Source: Octopus sinensis
Lineage: Eukaryota
Assembly: GCF_006345805.1 (NCBI RefSeq)
Contig: NC_043004.1
Coordinates: 19,096,001 to 19,160,000 of the forward strand
Direction of reading: 5' to 3'
DNA length: 64,000 bases
The notes beneath the pieces were generated by a model. That model did not search any database and was not told the origin of the DNA. It worked only from the letters and a program-made list of their open reading frames with translations. Shown here one piece after another: positions 25,957 through 40,201 of the stretch. The position numbers were made by a program, and so were the translations under genes. How positions within the stretch are numbered: the stretch's first letter is position 1; every line of letters starts with the position of its first letter.

Positions 25957-28598
25957 TGTTTGTATGTATGTATGTATGTGTATGTGTGCACACACACATG
26001 CACTTATACACAAACATATGCCACATGCTTATACATAGATACATACATACATACATGCATACATACATACATACATACATACATACATACATACATACAT
26101 ACATACATACGTACATACATACATACATACGTACATACATATCGGTATTGGACAAACACGAGAAGAATGCTAAGCGAACTGAAGGTTCGAGGTATAAAAT
26201 TTTACGATCGAATATTCTAATTTAAAATTAGAATATGCTATTTTATATAAAGATTTATGATATTGGCACAAGAGCACATGCTTTCATTTGAGTGGGTACA
26301 GTTGATTGAATCAAATCACAGTATGTTACTAGTACTTTTTTTAGTCAACCATAGAGAGATAAAACGCAATTTCCGGTAGGATTCGAATTTACAATGCAAA
26401 TACGACAATATTTTTCGTGCTCACTTCTGATTCCAGTACCCACCGGCCTTATACTTTATATAATGCATAGTTAATGTCAACTTCTGTGGATTTTAAATGC
26501 TATTTCAATTGTAGCTTTTACGAAGTGAACACATCTATAAATAGTTTCAAACTTGACTCTGTATTTTAGTAACAGCGAAAACCACTCATTGCAACATAGG
26601 TTTTGCAATACTTTCTTTATACTCCATATAATCGACTTAACACGTCATAAATTTTAACTTAAATTCACTTAGTTGGGTAAAACTACATGTTATACCATAA
26701 AACGTTCATTGACGTGAATCTCTTTGTGAAGAATAAATCAACAACTTGTATATTGATGATGATTGCTCTATCGAATTTATCTATAAATTGTTTTTACTGT
26801 GGCGCAAATGGGATCATCAGTTATTTTTTTTAGCTACTAGTTACAAGTAAATTTACTTTATCAGCACCATATATGCCATGAAAATGTAAGGAGTACCGTT
26901 CTGTTACATTCCTCTTCCTTTTAATTTAGTCTCCGAAATGAATTTACAGCTTGGTCCTTGTGTTATTACACATTTAACTGCTTTGGTGCAGTCCACTCAA
27001 AATGATGTCACGACGAAGGATAGTCGCACCAATTGAATGCTAATACTTGGATGAAGTTTTTTTTTGATCATGAAACTTAAATTTTTATTATCTATTATTT
27101 ATTGTTCTTTAGTAAATTGTCTGATTGCCATGAAAAATTTATTTTGAGATAATTCAAAGAAAATATGTATAAGCGAATGTCACAGATATGTTCAATCATT
27201 ATTAATTCTAAATATACATTTAAAGATTTTTCGTTTGTTAAGAATTCGTAAAGTAAAGAGGGAATTAGAATCACTTTATTTCAATTCCTGCGATATTCCC
27301 CCTGCAGTTAACACGATGTAGTGGCTGTGGAACACACGAGTGGAATCAAATCAAAGTGATTATATTGATATTTTTGACAAAATATTATATTTCTATCTTT
27401 ACAGATTAAAATTTCCATGTTTTGCAACATGTGTTAAACTTAATATATATACCAGTCTTGCGTAAATAGCTTTATTTGAATGGTTCCTCCAAATAATTTT
27501 AGTTTGTCCTGAAATATGAAATATGAAATAATTGATATCAAATTAACTCTGATAATTTTGAATATATTTACTCAGATGTAAAGAAAATTAGTGATTGTGG
27601 TTAGTAATTATAACAGCGTATATCAATGAATTTACCTAATTAAAATAAAAATAAAAATTCTAATGAAGCAAAATAACATAATACACGTTAATATGATACG
27701 TTTTCAATGTTTATTGCAAATATTACGAAAGGATAATATACTTTGAAGAATATGATAAATATATGAAATTAATTTAATATATTACGGGGCTTGACATTAA
27801 GCCCTTTTAAATAATAACAGTCAAAATCAGAAACCGTTTTCTATACACTGTCATATAAACTAAGCATATATTAATATATGGATACATAGATACGCGCGCG
27901 CTCGTGTGTGCTAATGGGAGTGGGGATAGCAGGCTTTCTTGAATATTAATACTCCAAGAAATGTGTGTGCTCGTGTTGTACCTATATATTTTAAAAGAGA
28001 ATATATATAGATATAAATGCACAGGTACAGACACGCGCGCATGCATATGCACATACAATTGCACGTACAATTCCAAGGAACATTTAATCTCAGCTCACTG
28101 AAACATAAATAAGAAACGACTTCAATATTCACGTGTATGCGCGAGAGCTTTTTGTAAGCTCACTCTATGCAGCACACACACATACACACACACACACTCG
28201 CACACACAAATCCACACACAAACGGACTCATATATAAACGCATAGTTTTGCATGCAAAGCATTCCAGTCGTGAGAGTTACATTGTTTTTCTATCGGGGAA
28301 TATATTCTTCAGTTTAATATTTAAGAGTGGTGTGTCATTGTAAGGGGTTGGTTGATATTGTAAGCAAGTTGTATGGTAATTTATTAAATGAATGAAAACA
28401 TTTGTTTTTAATGAATAACACCTCTCTTCTTTTTACTTTTTGTAACCCTCACTTTCCATCTCTCTTTTACCTCCTCTCTCTCAAGCACATACACTCTTTC
28501 TCCCTGTATTGCACTTGCTGATTCATCCAGTGCTTAAACTGAACTCGGAGACATGATTGTTGAGTTTTAACTTAGCTAGAAATGTCGGTACTTTTTGG

Positions 28599-28897
28599 TT
28601 ATCTTACCCCCATTACAAAATTGGGTTATCTCCCCGCATTTTATGAGAAATATCGGTTCATGTTTAAATCTCAATAAAAAATGAGAAATATTAATAAACA
28701 TTAAAATTAAACATCTTATTGAATCTGATAACGTTTTTATAACAAATCATGCCATACCTATTGAGGAAGCCAAACGTCTACAATGTGTTGAAGTATTGAA
28801 TCAAAAGGATCTAAACCTTTTAATCCAAACTCTCGTCGCCTCATAAACTCAATTTTTTAGTGGGGAGATAACTCAATTTTTTTAATCGGGGAGATAA
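28599..28897. mobile_element. MITE-like element with terminal inverted repeats
   Basis: TTATCTTACCCCCATTACAAAATTGGGTTATCTCCCC is inverted imperfectly as GGGGAGATAACTCAATTTTTTTAATCGGGGAGATAA. Confidence 0.55.
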
Positions 28898-28909
28898 GAG
28901 GTATTATAA

Positions 28910-31050
28910 CTCTTCCTTGTGTTTTTCGACTTACCTGGTGACAGAACGCAGTTTAATGATTGATTTGTTCATCATGTGTTGTTATTTGCGTCAATTTTCC
29001 TGTTCTGACCTCGATATTTCTGTAGTTCTACAGTGGATGTTTTATAGTAGTTTTGTTATTGTATAAAGCCTATACTACCTTCAATTCATTGTATATATAA
29101 TCTTTCTATGTCAGATTTCGGTTGGTATATTCTGAATTGCAGTATCAGTTTTCCCGCTTTCCTGTCTGATCTGCCTAGTTCATTCAGTTAAGAATATTGT
29201 AACAGTAGCTTATAACTGGAACAGCTAGAGTATTGATGTCTATTATCTTATATTTAACATTGAGCTGTTTTAAGTAATAATATAATTCGCTTATAATAGT
29301 CCTTCCTTATCTTTCTTTCATTTGTGAGTGCTGCACTGTATCTAGCCTACTGATTTCTAAGTATTTGTATGTTTGAATTTGGTCTAGTTCTCTTGTTTCA
29401 TTTTCTTTATCTAATGTAATGTTGTTATTCTTACTTAATTTTATTCTACTCAATGTTGATTTAACACATTTTCTAGGGAGAATTTCATATTTATTTTCTT
29501 GGTAAACCCGTGCAGTCTCTATAGCAATATTTCCAGTTGTTTATCATTTGCAGCATACGGCTTGAGAACGCCCATATACAGGAGATGGTTGATGGTTTTC
29601 CATAGCAGTTGTATCTATGTCCAGTATTATGTAGCATTACAGTTAAAGGCGTTAGTGCCGCCCAGAAAAAATGGAGAGAGCAAATCTCATTGGAATATTT
29701 CTATTGTAAAGGGGATGGCCTAAGTTTTTATAATTCTCTCTTCTGTCTGTAACTTAAGAAATGTTTGCCATTTATTCATGGCATGCTTTATACATTTTAT
29801 CACTGAATTACTTTGCTCATGACTAGTGCTTCAAGGTTCCACATATTTGGGATCCAGGTGTTGGGAATGCTGTCAAAACCTTCCTGTAATCCATCCAAGC
29901 CATGATCAGACCCTTCTTTTTCTTTCAGTAGTCTTCAGTTGTGGCTTTGTTGACCAACAAGTGATCCTTACAGCTATGTGAGTCTTTGCACCATCTATTC
30001 TGTTCCTCTGAAAACATACCTGCGCATTATCTGCGATATTATTCCATTTAAAGCCTTTTAGGTTGCAAGGAGACATGTAATTTTACGTGCTTGCAGTTTC
30101 AGCAGGTTTGCAAATTAGGATGGTCTTACTTCTGTGAGCGATTCAGTGTTATGTTTGGCTACGGTAGCATCTAATTCAACATCTCTGCTACCTATTGAAT
30201 GTATTTGTTAAATATTGTAGCTAGAAATGGGAATCTTATCGTGTATTGATGCCTTCCAGTTATTTCAGCTTGGCACTACCTGGGTTACCACTTTCGTTGC
30301 TATGGGGGTCCAGATTTGTTTAGGTGCCGTACTTGTTTTAATTAATCCTTTCTGGAGTAATTCTTTCGCCGCCCTGAAATGTTCTCATCCTACTCATTCT
30401 GCTGCTAGTATTGCATTGAGTTCTATTTTATTTTACCAACTTCTGGTAGAATCCATTTGGATTGCAGTTTAAACTGCTTGTTCTGTTCAAAGAATCGTTG
30501 ACATTTTTCATAACGGCGGTATCTTTTGCTTTGGTAACGATATCTGGCTTTAGATTTTCTCTTGTTTTAGAACCATCTCCTTTTGTTATTTTATATTTCT
30601 GTAGTATTTTGTTTCTCTTTCTTGTTGTTAAGTGGTATTATTTAGTTACTAATTTCTTCAACAATTGATAGAACTCTTTATTTTCTAGTTTTTTCTGAAT
30701 ATTAGTTTTTTCTTGTCGTTTCTTTGTTTTGATACACCCATTTAGGTGGATTTCAGAGAAAATCCACTTGACTTTGTGACCACAGAAGCTGTCATATATA
30801 TATTATTTAACCTGTTCATGCTGATGCTTCCTTCTGTTGCGATTATACGTGAAATAAGCAAATTTACGTTTTTTATTGTTGTTGATATATTAAGTCTAAT
30901 GTTTGGGGAAGCTACATTAATTATAAAGTTTCATAAACATGGCTTCCAATTTTATTTCTTCTAGTTTTTAGATTTTCTTCACATTTCCTCCTACTTTTAT
31001 TTTTGTTTAGTCGCTCTGATTTGATGAATTTTAGTCTTCGTTGAGTAGTC
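28910..31050 (-). mobile_element. R4/Dong-clade non-LTR retrotransposon RT-region remnant
   Basis: Minus strand near 29500-29630 reads INHLLYM(GV)LKPYAANDKQLE, a decayed HLLYMDDLKLYA; many stops. Confidence 0.7.
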
Positions 31051-31384
31051 CTAACGTTTGTGTTTGTTGTGTTTTGTTATTTATTTAACTTCACGTTTTG
31101 AGTTCAAATTTCGCCGAGATTGACGTTGTCTTTCAACCTTTCGGGGTCGATAGAATAAGTACCTGTTGAACAATGGGGTCGATGTAATCATCTTACACCC
31201 TCCTCTAAAATTGTTGGTCTTGTGCCAACGCTAGAAACTATTGTTTGTATTATTATGAGGTATTATTTGAGCACTATTTGAGTTTTCGTGACGTATTTCA
31301 TTTTTTTAATTCTCTTTTTCAATTTCTGATGTCTGTTTTTGTTTTGACAGTGTCTCTCCTTATTTTAGATAGCTTACTCATATT

Positions 31385-31510
31385 TTAGATAGCTACACTG
31401 TGGCGAGTCAGTGCTTTTATCAATGTGATATTCGGAGTAGTTTGTTCTGAGAACTTGTTCTTGAGCGCTGTACACTAATGCCTCAGTCTCCTTTCTGCAG
31501 GCATTGCCAG
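31385..31510 (-). mobile_element. R4/Dong fragment beside a (TAA)n/(TTC)n array
   Basis: RKETEALVYSAQEQVLRTNY...IDKS.DSPQC motif. Confidence 0.65.
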
Positions 31511-31520
31511 GTTCTATTCC

Positions 31521-31562
<42 letters not shown>

Positions 31563-31669
31563 TATTATTATTATTATTAGCATGTTTCTTCTTCTTCTTC
31601 TTCTTCTTCTTCTTCTTCTTCTTCTTCTTCTTCTTCTTCTGATTATTATTATTATTATTACGTCTATAA

Positions 31670-31732
31670 TAACTTCGGGCCGCCCAGAGCCTTGTTAGGG
31701 GATTTGGTAGCCGTAAGCTGAAAGAAGTTGTT

Positions 31733-31771
<39 letters not shown>

Positions 31772-31990
31772 GTTTGTCTATGTTTGTTCCCCACCACTGC
31801 TTGATAAGCGGTGCCGAGGTGTTTACGTTCCCGCAACATTGCGGATCGACATAAGAGATCGATAGAATATGTACCAGGCTTTAAAAAGTGGTAAGTACCG
31901 GGGTAAACTCATTCGACTAAAAACTCTTCAAGGCGAAGCTCCAGCATGACCGCAGTCTAATCACTCAAACAAGTAAAAGATAAAAGATAA
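31670..31990 (+). mobile_element. SINE family B, 5'-truncated
   Basis: Matches 55370-55682. Confidence 0.8.
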
Positions 31991-33315
31991 AGTCCCAGTC
32001 TTGCTTTCCTTCAAAGGACGTATCACTTCTTACGGTAAATGACGAAGGACAGTATTCAAGCTTCTGACCGACCACAATTATGACCCAACTTCCATTTTGT
32101 AATATTATGTCATATGCGGTGACATATGAGCGTTTCACAGTTTTGTATTTGCTCCTCAGCTATAAAGTACAGCTATTATTGGATGATGCATTAACATTTC
32201 ATGGAATTCAATTCTGTTGTATATAATTTGTTTCACTCTAATTTAATCGGTGAGACACTTTTAGAATTAATCACTTTATGCTTGAAAACAGTGGCGGTGC
32301 AAACAATAAAACTTAAAATTTTGTTTAGAATGGAAAATCGTAAAAAATATCTGTGCAGCGATTTGCGTCAACCTAATTATCTCTTGTCATTCGATCGTTT
32401 AATAAAGCATTGTTGTTTGACATTCGAATATGATAGTCACATAAATTTATGGGCCTGTGAACAACTATCCATATACTATACAATATAATGGCGGTTGTTT
32501 GCAGATTGATAAATTACGTTGCATGACATCTGTTGCTATGAATTCATATATTTCTTATTTGTCTACAAGTTATAGTAATTATGACATGTATCATAGTGAT
32601 ATTGCATTACAAAACAATTTTTACATTAACTGTCGATCACATTTATTTCCCACTTCCCTTTCTGAACAAATCTCATTCAGACTTGCATATCAAAATATAT
32701 AAAACTAAGATACAGTGTAAAATGTAATCATCCTAGCTTTATATGTTGATTAAATGCACAATGGATTAATTTTTAATAGTACCTTCGAGTCCCCAAAGAC
32801 TAGATATGGGATTCACTCATGCATCATTCCCTGAAAAAATTTCCATTAATTCTCTTCAAATATTTTTTTAACAGCAGTTAGTAATCGTATTAGTCGGTTG
32901 ACTGCGAAGAATTAAGCCATACATTAATAGCTAAAGGCAGAAAATTACATACGTAGGAAATGGAAATCCTGCATGAAACATTCATCTCGACAAACCTCGC
33001 GTGGGAGTTATGACGAAATTAAAAGTGGGAAGATGCGATCTTATCGTATTTTCTTTTCGCCAAACACAACTGATATTTTTCTGATGAATGTCAGAAATCA
33101 ATAACAGTATACGTTAATGCTAAGAGCCGAAAGGTTATTAACATTAATATATACTGGTTTACTTAAATGTATTGGTACTATATTATATTCAAAGAGAAAA
33201 GTCCTATTGTTGTCGTCACTGCCCACTACGCTACTTGGGTTTCCGTGTATCTTTGTCAGTTGGTGGCCCTTTGACCCTGTATAAATTATTCCTACATTAT
33301 ATAATTTGTATCTAA

Positions 33316-33646
33316 GTCGGCGAGCTGACATAGCGGTATTTCGCCTGCCGTTACGTTCAGAGTTCAAATTCCGCCGAGGTCGACTTTGCCTTTCATCCTT
33401 TCGGCGTCGATTAAATAAGTACCAGTTACGCACTGGGGTCGATGTAATCGACTTAATCCGTTTGTCTGTCCTTGTTTGCCCTCTCTATGTTTAGCCCCTG
33501 AGTTCAAATTCCGCCGCGTCAGCTTTGCCTTTCATTATTTCGGGGTCGATAAATTAAGTACCGCCAAATACTGGAGTCAATACGATCTACATACCTCCAC
33601 CCCACAAATTACAGGCTTTATGCCCATAGAAGAAAGGATATTATAA
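33316..33646 (+). mobile_element. Dimeric/chimeric family-A SINE within a single TSD
   Basis: Two successive GAGTTCAAATTCCGCC units with different tails; TTGTATCTAA at 33306-15 and 33647-56. Confidence 0.8.
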
Positions 33647-34149
33647 TTGTATCTAACCATATAATTTTCGGCACGTAACCACAGATATCAAAATTTGTAT
33701 CCAATTCTTCACAGAATCTAGCTGCGATCCACAGATCTTTGGGTTATGAACTCGGAACGCTACCACTACGATAGTCTGAACGACGAGAAATTAAGTGAAT
33801 GTATAGAGTATTATTTCTTTACTGTCTGTTCTGAGTTCTATTACTTCTATTACTCTAGCCACCATCTTCTTATTTCTTACTTATTTATTTATTTGCATTT
33901 TATAGAGTTATCATTATCATAGATTAAATGTCCATCTGCACGCACTAGAACAAGAATTAAAACAATAACGAATATATTCATTAATATACTTTCGGCCGGT
34001 TCGAACGTGAACATGATTGTATTTCAATAATTGCTGAAGGCATCATTTTCATGTGACTATCTAAAATTATGCTTAAGGCTTTATATATCAACAAATCATA
34101 ATCAATCAATTTATCTGAATTGCCTATTTTTCTAATTTTAGTATTAACT

Positions 34150-34420
34150 ACTGGCCATAGCCGACCAAAGCATTGTGAGTGGATTTGGTAGACGCAAACC
34201 GAAAGAATCCTGTCACATATGCATATGTGTATGTGTGTGTTTGTCCCCCACCCCATCACTTGACAACTGATGTTGGAGTGTTTACATCTCCAGTTCAGCA
34301 AAAGAGCCGATAAAAGAAGCACTAAGCTTACAAAGGATAAGTTTTGTGGGTGATTTGTTCGACTAAAGGTGATGCTCCAGCATGGCCACAGTCAAATGAC
34401 TGAAACAAATAAAAGAATAT
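34150..34420 (+). mobile_element. SINE family B, partial
   Basis: Matches 55375-55680. Confidence 0.8.
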
Positions 34421-34489
34421 GTGTATTAGATTTGTGTATATGAATATATAGCAGATGTTATTCTACAGGGATTTCATTATATATATTAT

Positions 34490-34676
34490 TTTCTACTCTA
34501 GGCACAAGGCCCGAAATTTTGGGCCAGTCGATTAGATCGATCCCAGTATGTAACAGTTACTTAATTTATCGAACCCGAAAGAATGAAAGGCAAAGTCGAC
34601 CTCGGTGCAATTTGAACTCAGAACGTAAAGACAGACGAAATAAGACGTGCTAACATTTCTACCATCTTGCCGCCTT
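34490..34676 (-). mobile_element. SINE family A
   Basis: Reverse complement of family-A core (GAATGAAAGGCAAAGTCGACCTCGG...TTTGAACTCAGAACGT). Confidence 0.85.
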
Positions 34677-35811
34677 ATTTAACTATATATATTTTATAAA
34701 GGATTTTGTTTAAATCAACTGTCAAGTTTTACGCGCAAGTTTATGAACATAACAAGATGAAAGAATAAAAAGTAAACTTGATGTGTTTAATATGTTCTTC
34801 CGGACATGTCAGTCATAATCTGCCGATGAAATAACTTCATCAGTCATAGCGATAATGGCACTGACGCCAAATGTTCTGTCAGTTTTCACTTACGATGACT
34901 TTTTGCTATAGTTGAATATTAATGAGAAATAGGCACATAACAGAAATAGCCGACGGTCCTTCCTCTTGCCAATTCTGATAATGGTTTTATATCTTCAACG
35001 CCTTAAAATCTTTTGGGAGCTTATTTAGCATATCTGTCAAATTATCTAAGTAATGAACGTTGAAGAAAGGAAAATTCTTTTATATGCATATACTCTAGTA
35101 TATGTTCTGTACATTACTGTCCTGCGTCGTAATATTCACCTTTTTGTCCTAGAAATATGAGTGTAAATTTACAATAGAAACATTTTGATATTTTAATAAA
35201 AACTAGCAGTATTCATTAAAATTCCACGTAAATATAAAATTTTTTAGGCAATTAAAAATTTTTATGGAGCCATAAAAATTAGTGTTCCTTTATAAATTAT
35301 ATATTCGGCATTATTTTCATTTAAAAATACCTATCAGCTCTTCTGGAAAAGGCTGTAATTGAAAGAACATGACTTTCTCATTCTCTCAGCAGTCCAGTGA
35401 TTTATATATAATCCTAAGAGCTTCAAAATATTATAGAAAATAGCTTTCAACTACACGTTTCTAGTTTTTTAACTTTCACTCTGATTCTCATTTTGTATAT
35501 TCAAGCTTGAATTCGTTTCCTTATCTGTTGTAAATGCTCTAAAATTTGGTTCATATTGTCCCTTCTACACACTAATACCCTCGTGATTGTTTTTAGTCTT
35601 TAGGCTCTCTGCTTCTCTATAATCAATTGCCTATATGGTTTCATTATTTCTCTTGTTAGCTTACATCGTCTATCATCCATATTCTATAAACAACTATCAA
35701 TTATCAAGCATGCTGATGATCAATAATTACACTTAAGTGCATGCGTTATATGACTGGTGATATATAAAATAAAAACATAGTTCAATAAATACAAATTACA
35801 CTATTCACTTA

Positions 35812-36140
35812 GACGCAGGTGTGACTGTGTGGTTAGAAGCTTGCTTCCCAACCATATGGTTCCGGGTTCAGTCTTTGCTATAGCCTCGAGCCCACCAAAG
35901 CCTTGTGAGTGGATTTGGTAAACGGAAACTGAAAGACGCTGGTAGTGTGTGTGTATGTGTGCCGTTTCTTTGTATCTGTGTTTGAAAATCGGTGTTGGTG
36001 TGCTTAGCGGTTCAACAAATCAGAGCGATACAAAGAAATAAGTCCTGGAGTCGATTGTTCGACTAAAACTGTTCAATGCGGTGCCCCAGCATAGCCGCAG
36101 TCAAGTGGCTGAAACAATTGAAAGACGAAAGATAAAAGAT
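35812..36140 (+). mobile_element. SINE family B with internal deletions
   Basis: GACGCAGGTGTGACTGTGTGGTTAG...GGTTCAGTC head and family tail. Confidence 0.85.
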
Positions 36141-37079
36141 CCACTCACCACCACCACCTCCACCATCACCATCACCATCCCCATTCCCTTCCTCTCTCTT
36201 CCTCTCTCTGTCTTTCTCTTTCAGTTTCTCTGTCTCTCACTCGGCATCACCGTCTCTCCCTCTCCGTCTCTGTCTGCCTGCCTCTGTTTCTCTATCTCTC
36301 TCCCTCTTTCTACCTTTCTTTAATCCCACCACCAGAACATCACTCATTTGCTAAACATATATTTCTAACTCTCTTTCACTCCCTTCATCTAACTTTTTAA
36401 CCACGAAATAAATACTGTTTCCCCTACCTTAAGTTATGGATGCTTCTCTTTTCCACTTTTTCTTTCTTCCTCTTTTTTGTTTCCCCCACTTTCTCTCTCG
36501 TTCTTCGCCTTTCCTTTCAACTAAACACGTGAAAGTGTAACACATTTCGGCCTTAGCGTATTAATATATAGATAGTAATAATAATACACGCTTGACGTAT
36601 TTGTTGTGAAAATTTGAGGATAGTATTTTTGTTCTGATCAAAGCCACAATAAAACTAAACTGACAGTTATCTTACTATCAATGCCATTGCAGTAAATCTT
36701 CATTTCCGTGGCATTCAGATGCTTTGATCGATTTTTACACCCCGTTTCCTCAAACTAGTTTTGTTAATTTGTTTGGGATAAATCTCAGTAGTTAAGACCC
36801 GTTTGACAAGTCACAATTTCCAGATTATGTTCGTGGACATCTTTACGGACATCTGAGTTTAATGTGTCAGTGACAACCTGCTTCATTGCGCTCGATAAGC
36901 ACAAGTCTCACCTGGATAGGATGCTACACTAACCGAAGCAAACGAAATAAACGAGAACAGTCTTTTCTCTAGACAGAGTACTAAAGTAATTGATCCACCC
37001 TGTCCCTCCACCCCACTGTGTCTGTTCTGTACCAGTCTACACAGTTCTATAAAACTTCCACCTCTAGTTTCTTTGATGT

Positions 37080-37500
37080 TATTGCTCAATTTGGTTCAGA
37101 TCTTCCTCTTGACTTTTTGTAATATGCTACACCTGTTAGCAAGAACTTGTCAAGGTCATATTTTCTAAGTATATGGCTGGTAAATGTCCCTTTTCTTTTC
37201 ATGGTGGCATTTAAGTCTTTTCTGACACTATATGTTGCGAAGGATCCATTCATTGGTACTTTTATCTGCCCAGCTTATTTTAAGAATAAGCTTATTCTGT
37301 GTTTAAAATACCATTGTTCAAATGCTTCAATTTTCCTTTTATCAATTTTCTTTATGATCCAACATTCAGCTTCATAGGTGACTATGCTAAATATCAATGA
37401 ACTGAGGAGTATTTTTTTCATCGTTCGCAAAGAGATGGCCTTATTCTTCTATATGCTGTTCAGTGATATGGCTTTCTTGGCATAGGCAAGCATAGTACTA
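37080..37500 (-). mobile_element. RTE-clade LINE C-terminal remnant
   Basis: Minus strand IVTYEAECWIIKKIDKRKIEAFEQW...ISWADKSTNEWIL, a decayed YGCESWT..AFE.W..ISW.D..TNE. Confidence 0.7.
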
Positions 37501-38348
37501 AATAAATTCTGCGAGCCAAAGAGATACTCCCTAATATATGGTGATTTCATATTAAGAGAAATGTGGCAGAGCCTCTTTTCGAATTGTGTTGGCTAATTTA
37601 AATAAGCATATATCCATTTATATTATCCAGGCGCAAATCCTCAGTTAAATTATCTAATTTGAATGATGCAGTATAATGGGCATATCTTTTTAAATGGCAT
37701 ACTTTAAATGATATTATAGCGTAAGATAATTTCGTTTTTGTAGCTAGTTTGCAAGATATTTCATGGGAATTCGTGTGTTGAAACAGATTTTGTTGTATAT
37801 TTGGGAGGTCATTATCCCAATTATAAACACATGGACTGGCTCTATATCACGTCTATATTATTCGTTACTTGGTTTAACTAGTTATCTAATTGACTAATCG
37901 ATTGTTTGAGTAATCATTCGACAACAAAAACGGAAGGTAAATGTTGCACAAAATCGAAATTAGGTTGACTGAAGACAACTATTTTAGTTGCAGATTTCAC
38001 TCTTGTTGTTTACTAATATTTTTTAACAATTTTTCAGCTTCTTGGAAGTAGATTTACAGCATGGTTTTTATTTTAGGCATGGTAATCATTCAATAAGTTA
38101 TGTTCAATCTAATGCTTAAACGAGAAATCACATGTACTATATCTTACCTTGCGCTCTCAAATCATTACTGGAGTAGTAACAGAGCGGACATGACCTACTG
38201 CGTACCTTAATTTGTTTTAGACCTAGTGGATCCTATCTGTTTCCAGGCCTGGCCACAAATGATTCCCTCTATAACAGATAAAGACAGAAAGAGAGTACCT
38301 TGCGTATGTGTATGTGTGTACATACGAATTTGTTTCTGCATCTATGTT

Positions 38349-38400
<52 letters not shown>

Positions 38401-38401
38401 G

Positions 38402-38432
<31 letters not shown>

Positions 38433-40201
38433 GAATGTTTTCTCTCAAAGATTTGTTTTTCTCCCTTCCAATATTCAAGCTGGTCACAAACAAAATGGGA
38501 TGTATTGAAACCAACGCTGGGTGTTTCAAAATCTATAAATTGGTTAGTGTATGGATATGCGTGTGTTTGTGTGTGGATAAACTTGTATTCATGCAGTGAG
38601 AGTGAATTCCACTTCAGTGCACAAGTGTGCTACATTACTGTTTGTGTGTGTCTTTATCCGTGTGTGCATTCCATATGTACATGTGATTTTATGTACATGC
38701 TAAACCCAAGAACCTCCAATGGAGGAAAAGTGGAATGTTTTACAAATTTTCATTGTCCTACTGATCGATTGCACTTGCAGAATGTAAATCAGTTTGCTTT
38801 GTTCTTCATCGAAGAACCCATGCGTGTTTAGTCTTTCATGCAAACCTATTGTGACGTAGCCCGATGCGTAAATTCTATGTGTATATATATATTTTTTCAC
38901 GGGTTGATTACTTCTGTATTTTTCTTTACATCTCTTAATTGGTATTGTGGGAATGTTCCGCAAATGAAAATGTTTCAACTCTGCAACTACAGTTACCCAA
39001 GGATGGTGCCCCCATGTTGCTGCTGTACAATGACTGAAACCATAGAAAAAGAAAATAGCATGTTCCAGCAAAGACGTTTAGTTAAAATTCATGTTATATG
39101 TTTAAATAATGTCAAGAGAGTCATTTTATGGAAGAAAATTAAAACCTATCTCTCATCTAAGGCATTTTCATCTATATGTGATGGAAATATTCCGAATACA
39201 AATATTAATTGAAACTTTTATGAAATTGCTCACCATTTTGCAGCTATCATTCCCTCATGATTTATATAAATAAGATATAGGTTTTGAAGAAAAATCAATT
39301 TCCTATAAATCTGCAAACTGTCACCAATCTTAATATGTTTCCAGTAATAATATTTCACATCGGATGTTCTCAAAATTTCATCTCTAGAAACCAGGAGCAA
39401 TGTTCATTTCATTTTACAAAACAATTTGATAGAGATCAATATTAGGTGTCAAAACCATTCTACAAATTGATGCTTGTTGAAGCATTTTTATACATATGAA
39501 ATATTTTTATGTATGAAAAGCAATGAAGCAGAAAAAAAACAACGCGCAATAACGATAATTATATCTATATTTTTTAATCATTTTCCTATCAAGAAAACTG
39601 TATACAACTGACGTTTTAAAAATAAATTTTATGTACTTGTGAAATACCCAATTTTCTAGAAATAAATTTTCTTTCTGCTCTTCAAGAGTAGGCGACGGTG
39701 CTTCCCTGAACAATTAATCACATTTTCCTAGCTGAAGATTTCTCATGTCCATTACATGTGTCATGGCGTTGTAAACAATACAAGTTCTTACTTATTCCTC
39801 TTCATTTAAGTACAGTCGAAAGAAAGAACGACATATGTATAATATCTTTATAAACAATTATGCGTTTTATCGAAGTAACCTTTGAATTGCAGCTGAACAT
39901 CCCACAAGTTGCTTAGCCGAAGTTCTTATTTCAGTTTAAGAATTTGCTCGATTGCAAAAATATTGATTTTTAAGTTCTCGCACAATGCCAGCAATTTCAG
40001 GGTGGGGCTCGTTGATTACATCGATCCCAGTGTTCAACTGGTACATATTTTATCGTTCCCGAAAGGATGAAATCAAAGTCGATCTTTCGGAATTTGAAAA
40101 ACATTTTAAAAATATTACAACTCATTAGAATTAGTTGGTATTTATAAATAATTATCGACGGCTGCTGAATTTTATTCTCATTATTTTACTTTTATTATTA
40201 A

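Noticed and set aside
38061-38081. Alternative signal-peptide exon MVFILGM|gtaatc
   Set aside because: Weaker donor and a short peptide; the 18570-18635 exon fits better
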